A DNA stretch of 44,929 nucleotides from assembly GCA_964559205.1 (NCBI GenBank), contig CAZLHV010000002.1:1-44929 (forward strand), read 5' to 3'. The position numbers and the translations under genes were made by a program. The stretch's first letter is position 1; every line of letters starts with the position of its first letter. This DNA is from an uncultured Bacteroidaceae bacterium (GTDB lineage: Bacteria > Bacteroidota > Bacteroidia > Bacteroidales > DTU049). Positions 16,430 through 23,533 of this stretch are shown here, piece by piece. The notes under the pieces are model-generated. The model made no database searches. It was not told the origin of the DNA and worked only from the letters and a program-made list of their open reading frames with translations.

Positions 16430-18490
16430 ATGCGAACCAATTATATTTGCCTGCTCCTGTTTTTGTTGTCCTGTGTGCCCATCAGGGCTCAAAAAAGTGA
16501 GCAGACCGACCAATGGCTTTTTCAAGCTCGCAACTTGCAGGCAAGCCATCCCGACAGTGCCCTGAAATTATTTGCGGTTGCCGAAAGGCTGGCGGTTGAT
16601 CGGGGTGAAGCATCTTTCTTGGCCGAAGCCCTTAAAGGCCAGGGTGTTTGTTATTACTTCCTTCGGCAATATGATTCAGCATTGTTTTTTTATGATCAGG
16701 CAATGGATGTGAGAATGAACAGGGTTTTCCCTTTCTCTGATTCGATCAATCTGGATGGAATTGCGGCTTTGATGAACAATAAGGCCTTGGCACTTTCTGA
16801 GGTGGGAAAGCAGAAGCAGGCATTAATCCTGCATAAACGCAGTGCAAGGATCAGGAGCATGATCAACGACAAAACCGGGCTGGCTAATTTGGCATACAAC
16901 AGCATTGGCATGATTTATTTTCTTGAAGGGGATTACAGCACCGCAGTAGATTATTTTTTTCGCAAGCTTAAGATATTGTTTCAAATTGCCGATGTGCAGG
17001 GTGCTGCATTCACCCTTGACCAGATCGGTGCAGTTTATTATGAACAGGGCGACTTCAGGGGAGCAAGAAAATATTATCTTGGATCTTTGCGGCTGCGTGT
17101 TTCGACTGGTGATTCGTCAGGAGTGTCGGCATCCTATAATCAGCTTGGACTTACTGAATACGCTCTGGGTCGCATCAATGAGGCAAAAGCGCTGTTTCAT
17201 AAAGCGATTGCCATCAAAAGTGCTGTGGGTGATATCTGTGGTCTTGCCTCTGTATACAATAATATTGGATTGGCCTTTCAGGAAGAAAAACAATTCGATT
17301 CAGCTTTGGTTTATGGAGAAAAGGCCGTTTTCTATGCCCGCGCTTGCGGCGATATGAACAGGGAGGCGCTGGCCCTGATCAATACCGGAGTGGTTTATGC
17401 TGAGTTAAACAGATCGCAGGAGGCTTTTCGTGAACTGAAAACGGCATTTGAAATTGCTGACAATTATGGCTTTATGAATCTGAAGCGCGATGCTGCCGCA
17501 CAACTGGCTGAGCTTTATGCCGAAAGCGGACATTATATCGAAGCATACCAGATGAAAAAAACTGAGGGAGAGCTGAACGACAGCCTAAGCAATAAAGAAA
17601 GTCTTAGAAGAATTGCCGTTGCAGAGACCCGCTTTCGATACGAGACCCGCCTGACAACCGATTCAGTCCGGACAGCTCAGGTAATGGCCATAAGAGAGGC
17701 GCGGCAGACAGAACGATCACGAAGACAGACAATGTGGCTGATAATCATCATTGCATTTACGTTGTTTGCAGGCTTGCTGGCCTGGCTGTTGTTTAACCGC
17801 TACAGACTTAGTCAAAAAAACAAAGAGCATATACTCAGAAGTCAGGCGGCGGAATTGAAAAACGCTTTGCTGCGATCACAAATGAATCCGCATTTTATTT
17901 TCAATTCCATGAATTCCATTCAGGGTTTTATTGCATCAAACGACGCCTTGTCGGCTGGACGATACCTGTCGCGGTTTGCCACCCTGATCAGGCATATTCT
18001 CGAAAATTCTGATCGCGATCTGATTTCCTTATCCGAGGAAACGGAAGCATTGAAATTATATGCCGAGCTTGAAAAAGTGAGGTTCTCGAACCGTTTCTGC
18101 TTTAGCATCACCGTGAGCGATGCAATTGATCCCGATGAAACGCTGGTGCCTCCGCTCATTCTACAGCCTTTTGTTGAAAATGCGATTATTCATGGAGTTC
18201 TTCATCTCGATCAGCCGGGAGAAATTCACCTAGATGTTTCAGCCTCTGAATCATTTTTGGTTTGCATTATCAGTGACAATGGAGTCGGAAGAGCCCGTGC
18301 AGCAGAATTGAAGAAGCGTATTCCGGGAAAGAACAGATCGATGGGAATAGACGTTACGCTGGATCGACTGTTTCGCATGAAAAATCATGCAGTCCGCTCC
18401 GAAGTGTTGCAAACCGAAGATCTTTTCGACGCGCAGGGAAATGTATCAGGAACAAAAGTAACCTTAAAAATACCGCTGATTGTTGAATAA
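16430..18490 (+). CDS. TPR-repeat sensor histidine kinase of the LytS/YehU (His_kinase PF06580-type) family
   Basis: ORF 16412 begins at TTG, so I trimmed it to the ATG at 16430 (MRTNYICLLLFLLSC...). The order is signal peptide, about 8 TPR-like repeats, one TM segment (MWLIIIIAFTLFAGLLAWLLF), then RSQMNPHFIFNSMNSI and the ATPase motifs LILQPFVENAIIHG and DNGVG. Confidence 0.9.
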   Translation: MRTNYICLLLFLLSCVPIRAQKSEQTDQWLFQARNLQASHPDSALKLFAVAERLAVDRGEASFLAEALKGQGVCYYFLRQYDSALFFYDQAMDVRMNRVFPFSDSINLDGIAALMNNKALALSEVGKQKQALILHKRSARIRSMINDKTGLANLAYNSIGMIYFLEGDYSTAVDYFFRKLKILFQIADVQGAAFTLDQIGAVYYEQGDFRGARKYYLGSLRLRVSTGDSSGVSASYNQLGLTEYALGRINEAKALFHKAIAIKSAVGDICGLASVYNNIGLAFQEEKQFDSALVYGEKAVFYARACGDMNREALALINTGVVYAELNRSQEAFRELKTAFEIADNYGFMNLKRDAAAQLAELYAESGHYIEAYQMKKTEGELNDSLSNKESLRRIAVAETRFRYETRLTTDSVRTAQVMAIREARQTERSRRQTMWLIIIIAFTLFAGLLAWLLFNRYRLSQKNKEHILRSQAAELKNALLRSQMNPHFIFNSMNSIQGFIASNDALSAGRYLSRFATLIRHILENSDRDLISLSEETEALKLYAELEKVRFSNRFCFSITVSDAIDPDETLVPPLILQPFVENAIIHGVLHLDQPGEIHLDVSASESFLVCIISDNGVGRARAAELKKRIPGKNRSMGIDVTLDRLFRMKNHAVRSEVLQTEDLFDAQGNVSGTKVTLKIPLIVE

Positions 18491-18502
18491 TCTGACAAAA
18501 AG

Positions 18503-19249
18503 ATGAATGAACAAACCATGAAAGTGCTGATTGTCGATGATGAAGAAAGCAGCAGAGCTGCGATCAGAAGTTTTCTTCAGATGCATGCTGATGATGTTTC
18601 GGTAGTCGCCGAGGCCGATAGTGTCGTAAGCGGAATCGGACAAATCATCATGCACAAACCCGACCTTGTCTTTCTCGATGTACGCATGCAGGACGGGACA
18701 GGTTTTGATTTGCTGGAACGCCTTCCTGAACGCAATTTTCAGGTGGTTTTTGTCACTTCATTCGATCAGTATGCTATTCAGGCATTCCGTTTCAGTGCCA
18801 TTGATTATATTCTCAAACCGGTTGATCCCGATCAGCTGAACGAAGCAGTGAATAAAGCAAGGCAGGCCATGAATCAAAACGATATCAGCAGCAAACTCGA
18901 AGTGCTGGTTTCGAATATCAGTAAGCTCGAAAAGCTGGCTCTGCCTTCGATGGACGGTATCCGGTTTGTGCGCATCGACGATGTGGTGCGCTGTGAATCT
19001 GACGACAATTATACCAATGTGTATTTGCGGTCAGGTGATAAAATTGTGGTGTCAAAAACCCTGAAAGAATACGAGCGTTTACTTGAACCCATGCAGTTTT
19101 TCAGAGTTCATAAACAACATTTGGTGAATCTTCGCTTTGTTGAAAAATACATTCCTGGCGATGGAGGCTATCTGATTCTCGAAGATGGTTCGCATGTCGA
19201 TGTTTCTCGACGCAAAAAAGATCAGCTCATGGAATTGCTGATGAAATAA
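18503..19249 (+). CDS. LytR/AlgR (LytTR) family response regulator
   Basis: Receiver motifs VLIVDDE, LVFLDVRMQDGTGFDL and VVFVTSF, with KPV. The C-terminal LytTR domain reads IRFVRIDDVVRCESDDNYTNVYL...FFRVHKQHLVNLRFV. Its ATG is 12 nt after the kinase stop. Confidence 0.95.
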   Translation: MNEQTMKVLIVDDEESSRAAIRSFLQMHADDVSVVAEADSVVSGIGQIIMHKPDLVFLDVRMQDGTGFDLLERLPERNFQVVFVTSFDQYAIQAFRFSAIDYILKPVDPDQLNEAVNKARQAMNQNDISSKLEVLVSNISKLEKLALPSMDGIRFVRIDDVVRCESDDNYTNVYLRSGDKIVVSKTLKEYERLLEPMQFFRVHKQHLVNLRFVEKYIPGDGGYLILEDGSHVDVSRRKKDQLMELLMK

Positions 19250-19483
19250 TCAACAGCCGCATTAATAGAGAACTTTTTCTCAGTTAAAATCAGGTAACCG
19301 AAGGTCCGAAAAGCATTCCGGATTTTGCACTATGCAAGTCCATTTCATCCATCATGAACGATCCGTTTCAGGGGTCTGATTCATGCTGTTTTTCGGTTCC
19401 ACCGTTTCCTCATTCATTTCGCATTTCGCTCAATCCATTCCGCCATTGCCTCAATTCTATTATTGTACGGGTGAGGGCTGCCA

Positions 19484-19491
19484 TAGCTTTG
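19484..19491 (+). promoter_or_regulatory. -7 box TAGCTTTG for the fibre module
   Basis: Exact TAnnTTTG match, 18 nt upstream of the ATG at 19510. Confidence 0.45.
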
Positions 19492-19509
19492 TGACATAAA
19501 CGCAAAACC

Positions 19510-21555
19510 ATGAAAACGATTTTCTCAATTATTGCAAGTATGTTGCTGCTGGCAACCCTTGCACAAACCCCGCAGGGCATCCGCTATCAGGCGGTGCTGA
19601 GGGATGCTTCGGGTCAGACACTCACGGTTCAAAGTGCCATGGTTCATTTTTCAATTCTGCAGGGAGGTCCTGCCGGCGCATTAACCTATCAGGAAGAACA
19701 TACCGTATTTCCTGACAATCTGGGAATGATTTCACTTACCATTGGCAATGGATATCCTTTATCGGGAAGCTTTGCAGGTATCGACTGGGCAGCAGGCGAA
19801 TTGTATATTAAAACGGAGCTCAGCACCGATCAGGGTGTGACCTATAGCGATATGGGCACCATGCAGTTGCTTAGTGTGCCTTATGCCTTGTATGCCGACC
19901 ATGCAAACAGTGCCGACGAAAGCGATCCCAGTTCATGGAAGAAGACAGGCAATTCCAGTACCAACCCTGCCACACATTTTATCGGTACGACCGATGCGAG
20001 CGATCTGGTATTCAGAACCGGGAACACGGAAAAAATGCGATTGGGACAATCAGGCACCCTATCGATTGGAAGCACCACGGGGAACAGCAACACTTCGCTC
20101 TATGTGGGCGGTAATACCGCAGGAGGTGTGGCATTCACATCAGGTAGCTCGAGCCCGCAGACACCACCCATTGAAGGCGCAGGTTCTCGCACCATGTGGT
20201 ATCCGTATAAAGCGGCATTCAGAACCGGAACGGTCACCAGCACATACTGGAACAACGATTCCATCGGGTCGAATTCGTTTGCTGCAAACTGGAACACACG
20301 TGCAACCGGAAGTATGTCAGCAGCTTTTGGTTCTGCTACAACAGCATCGGGAATGATATCGTTTACCGCTGGCATCAACAACACGGCTTCAGGCTCTTAT
20401 TCAACTGCATTCGGAAGTAATCTAAATGCACAATCGTACAATACGTTCGTGATTGGTCGTTACAATGTAGCTGACGGCAGCAAAACGACTTGGGTGTCAA
20501 CCGACCCTTTATTTGTTGTTGGTAATGGCAGCAGTTCAGCCAGCAGAAATAACGCTCTGGTGGTCTTGAAAAATGGAAATACAGGCATCGGAGTCGATGC
20601 TCCTGCGGCTGGAATTCAACTCGAGGTGGGAGACGATATCAGCGGTGGAAATGTCGTGTTCAATGGCGGTGCCGGAAGTCCGGCAATGGCGCCTACCGGC
20701 GATGGATCACGGATGATGTGGATTCCTGCCATGGCAGCTTTCCGTGCCGGATATACTGATGGCAACAGCTGGCAGTACAATGATCTTGGTTATGCATCGG
20801 TTGCTTTTGGTGAATCTAACGATGCAAAGGGTAACTATTCGGCGGCATTCGGCACCGATACATATTCAGGTGGAGCGGCTTCATTCAGTTGCGGCAACCT
20901 TAGTTATGCCACAGGGGAGAACGCTTTTGCCGGAGGGTATGGTTCAGCGGCGCTTGGAACAAACTCTTTTGCTTTTGGGTATCAGAATCAGTCGGATGGC
21001 GATAACTCGGTGACATTTGGTGATTTGGCCTACACCTACGGTGACAATTCCATGGCTCTTGGAAAGTTTACCATAGCGCGAGCCTATTGTTCCTTCGTTC
21101 TCGGACGTAATAATGTTGCCACCGGAACCAACAGCAGCTGGGTATCGACTGAACCTTTAATCGAGGCCGGAAATGGTGCCTCTGGTACTTTTAATAATGC
21201 CATGACCCTGTATAAAAATGGCAACATGACTATTTCGGGAACCCTCACACAGAGCAGCGACATACGTTTGAAAACCAATATCGGTCCACTCGGAAATACA
21301 CTCAGTTTGCTTGATTCGGTTCATCCAATCCGATACGAATTCATCAATCAGGAGATGCATCCCGGAGGTACACAAATTGGATTTTCGGCTCAGGAAATTC
21401 AGAAAAACTGGCCCGAACTGGTTCGTGAAGATGCCAGCGGATATCTATCGGTCGATTATGCCGGAATGACAGTTGTGCTGTTGCAGGCAGTGAAGGAGCA
21501 GCAGGCTATGATTGAATTGCTCAGGCATGAAATTGAACTTCTTAAACAAAAATAG
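19510..21555 (+). CDS. Tail-fibre-like surface protein: shared N-terminal module, two YadA-head-like repeat modules, C-terminal peptidase S74 intramolecular-chaperone domain
   Basis: Signal peptide MKTIFSIIASMLLLATLAQ. Degenerate S-AFG and N-A-G beta-roll repeats follow. The C-terminus reads SSDIRLKTNIGPL...IRYEF...GFSAQEIQKNWPELV...LSVDYAGMTVVLLQAVKEQQAMIELLRHEIELLKQK, which matches the endosialidase/tail-fibre chaperone signature. Confidence 0.88.
   Translation: MKTIFSIIASMLLLATLAQTPQGIRYQAVLRDASGQTLTVQSAMVHFSILQGGPAGALTYQEEHTVFPDNLGMISLTIGNGYPLSGSFAGIDWAAGELYIKTELSTDQGVTYSDMGTMQLLSVPYALYADHANSADESDPSSWKKTGNSSTNPATHFIGTTDASDLVFRTGNTEKMRLGQSGTLSIGSTTGNSNTSLYVGGNTAGGVAFTSGSSSPQTPPIEGAGSRTMWYPYKAAFRTGTVTSTYWNNDSIGSNSFAANWNTRATGSMSAAFGSATTASGMISFTAGINNTASGSYSTAFGSNLNAQSYNTFVIGRYNVADGSKTTWVSTDPLFVVGNGSSSASRNNALVVLKNGNTGIGVDAPAAGIQLEVGDDISGGNVVFNGGAGSPAMAPTGDGSRMMWIPAMAAFRAGYTDGNSWQYNDLGYASVAFGESNDAKGNYSAAFGTDTYSGGAASFSCGNLSYATGENAFAGGYGSAALGTNSFAFGYQNQSDGDNSVTFGDLAYTYGDNSMALGKFTIARAYCSFVLGRNNVATGTNSSWVSTEPLIEAGNGASGTFNNAMTLYKNGNMTISGTLTQSSDIRLKTNIGPLGNTLSLLDSVHPIRYEFINQEMHPGGTQIGFSAQEIQKNWPELVREDASGYLSVDYAGMTVVLLQAVKEQQAMIELLRHEIELLKQK
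21256..21552 (+). other. Peptidase S74 / intramolecular chaperone auto-processing domain (residues 583-681 of the fibre protein)
   Basis: The SDIRLK motif has Ser583 and Lys588 five residues apart, like the Ser-Lys dyad of phage endosialidase chaperone domains. A terminal coiled-coil-like helix follows. Confidence 0.7.
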
Positions 21556-21556
21556 T

Positions 21557-22012
21557 ATGAAAACCCTCGTTTTTTTATTCACACTGATTGCCGCTTCTCT
21601 GGCCGGACAATCACAAACGGTGTGCAGCAGTGCCGGCGCAGTTTCGCAAAGCGCAAACATTTCACTCAGCTGGACTTTGGGAGAAACTTTGAGCGGTACT
21701 GCCCCTTCGGCTTCGGTGATCCTTACTCAGGGATTTCAACAACCCTGGATGAGTGTGACTGCGATTCGCGAATCGGAAACTTCGCAGTTTCTCGTGTATC
21801 CAAACCCTGTACAGCAGATGCTGAACATTGATGGTGATTTGAATGGATGCTCGGTATCGCTTTTTGATCCGGCGGGAAAGCTGATCATGCTTGAGCGTCC
21901 TGATGGACAGAGTTATGAACTTGATTTTGGAGCAATGAACGCTGGCATCTATATGCTTGTAATTCTGACCGAAAACGGACTAAGACAAAGTTTCTCAATT
22001 GTAAAACCATAA
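21557..22012 (+). CDS. Small secreted protein with T9SS type A C-terminal sorting domain
   Basis: Trimmed to the ATG at 21557 (MKTLVFLFTLIAASLAGQ), 1 nt after the fibre gene stop. An N-terminal domain of about 60 aa ends in LTQGFQQP. It is followed by VYPNPVQQMLNI...AGIYMLVILTENGLRQSFSIVKP. Confidence 0.8.
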   Translation: MKTLVFLFTLIAASLAGQSQTVCSSAGAVSQSANISLSWTLGETLSGTAPSASVILTQGFQQPWMSVTAIRESETSQFLVYPNPVQQMLNIDGDLNGCSVSLFDPAGKLIMLERPDGQSYELDFGAMNAGIYMLVILTENGLRQSFSIVKP

Positions 22013-23275
22013 ATGAACAAAGCAATGAAAACGAATATGCTTTTAACCCTGATATTATTCTTGAGCGTCATGGTGCAGGCACAGACGCCACAGGGTTTTA
22101 ATTATCAGGCAGTGTTGCGAAACAGCAACGGTGCAGCATTGACCAATGCTGATGCAGAAATGCGATTTTCACTCATTGATGAACAGAGCAATGTGACCAT
22201 TTACATCGAGACACATGATCTTCATACCGATCCCTTTGGTTTGATCAAGACGGTGATTGGCGAAGGTGCGGTTCAGTCGGGCAGTTTTGGCTCTATCGAC
22301 TGGTCGTCCCCAGTGCTGATGGTCACAGAATTATCTGAAGGCGGCATCTGGTATGCCATAGATACGTCGCGGTTGCTGAGTGTTCCCTATGCCATGTATG
22401 CCAAAGAAGCTGGTAATAGTTTCAGCGGCAATTACAACGATTTGAATAATCAACCCGATTTTTCAGGCTGGGATATCAATAACGCTGATGATTTCGACGG
22501 ACAATACAGCAGCCTGAGCGGAGCGCCGGCCAACGTGAGCCATTTTGTAAACGATGCCGGATATCTGACCGCCGAAGCCGATGGTTCTGCCAGCAATGAG
22601 TTGCAGATTCTCAGCATCAGTCACGATACCATCTTTTTAACGAGCGGAGGTTTTGTTAAGTTACCGGCCGGTTTCGACGGACAATACACTTCACTTTCAG
22701 GTGCACCGCAAAATCTGAGTGATTTTAACAACGACATGGGCTTTATGACTGCCGATGAGGACTCAACCAATGAGCTGCAAACGCTAAGCATCAGCAACGA
22801 TTCGCTAAGGATTTCTGAAGGTAATGTTGTAAAACTTCCCGGAGTAAAAATCACAAGTGCATATGTTAACACGATATATGTATCAAGCTACACCACAAGC
22901 CCTGGAAATAACTTTTTCAAATTGGGAAACGTTACCACATTTGTAAAGGAAAGTTCAAAATCGGTCATTGAAGTCCTGCTAAATACGCATTCCTACGTTA
23001 GCAGCATCCCGTCTTCAACACATGTAATGTTCCAAATCCGCATCGACGATCAGCCGGTCGGCTCTTATGATACCGACTGGACCATTTTTTCGGGAAACAC
23101 CTCATACACCAATACTTCCGTTACACGTATTTTTAGCAATCTGTCGGTCGGCACGCACACGGTAAGTATTTGGGCAGGAAATTACAATGTAGGTGAAACA
23201 GCAAATGATGTTATGGTAAATCCGGGCGGCTACTGTAGCTCAAGAATAATCATTAAAGAGTACTTTGCACATTAG
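22013..23275 (+). CDS. Secreted protein sharing the fibre N-terminal module, with tandem 57-60-aa repeats and a C-terminal beta-rich domain
   Basis: Its ATG immediately follows the previous stop. It has a signal peptide. The string QTPQGFNYQAVLRNSNG...GSFGSIDW...TELS...LLSVPYAMYA aligns with residues 19-130 of the 19510 protein. An alternative start is the ATG at 22025. Confidence 0.85.
   Translation: MNKAMKTNMLLTLILFLSVMVQAQTPQGFNYQAVLRNSNGAALTNADAEMRFSLIDEQSNVTIYIETHDLHTDPFGLIKTVIGEGAVQSGSFGSIDWSSPVLMVTELSEGGIWYAIDTSRLLSVPYAMYAKEAGNSFSGNYNDLNNQPDFSGWDINNADDFDGQYSSLSGAPANVSHFVNDAGYLTAEADGSASNELQILSISHDTIFLTSGGFVKLPAGFDGQYTSLSGAPQNLSDFNNDMGFMTADEDSTNELQTLSISNDSLRISEGNVVKLPGVKITSAYVNTIYVSSYTTSPGNNFFKLGNVTTFVKESSKSVIEVLLNTHSYVSSIPSSTHVMFQIRIDDQPVGSYDTDWTIFSGNTSYTNTSVTRIFSNLSVGTHTVSIWAGNYNVGETANDVMVNPGGYCSSRIIIKEYFAH
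22493..22843 (+). repeat. Tandem protein-level repeat (2 copies, 60 and 57 aa) within 22013..23275
   Basis: Copy 1 is FDGQYSSLSGAPANVSHFVNDAGYLTAEADGSASNELQILSISHDTIFLTSGGFVKLPAG. Copy 2 is FDGQYTSLSGAPQNLSDFNNDMGFMTADEDSTNELQTLSISNDSLRISEGNVVKLPG. The first 16 nt of each copy are identical (ttcgacggacaataca). Confidence 0.85.
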
Positions 23276-23338
23276 AAAATCAGTTTTAAAACAAAGCATA
23301 AAATATTCTTCCCCTGCAAGCTGCAATTCCTGGTTTTG

Positions 23339-23366
23339 CGCGCAGCTGCGCGGGGGGAGTTTTTTC
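23339..23366 (+). terminator. Probable terminator of the fibre module
   Basis: GC palindrome cgcgcagctgcgcg followed by gggggag and T6. An outer cttcccc/ggggag pairing is also possible. Confidence 0.5.
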
Positions 23367-23533
23367 TATAAAAGGGTCTGATAATATGCCATGCAAATCT
23401 GCAGCAGTGATGCAGACCCGGCCAACACATTTGTTGTTATTAACCAGGTTTTTGACAATTTCTGTGTGGTGACTTGCGAGTTTTTCTCAGCTGTTTGTTT
23501 CAGATGCCTGATGTAGAAGGCAGATGCAGTGAA

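Noticed and set aside
19510-23275. Reading the tail-fibre gene as a prophage or tailocin remnant
   Set aside because: No other phage-type gene is visible within the window on either side: no capsid, portal, terminase, sheath, baseplate, integrase or lysin. The flanking genes are chromosomal. I saw no att-like repeats. The protein has a Sec signal peptide, which fits a cellular surface protein.
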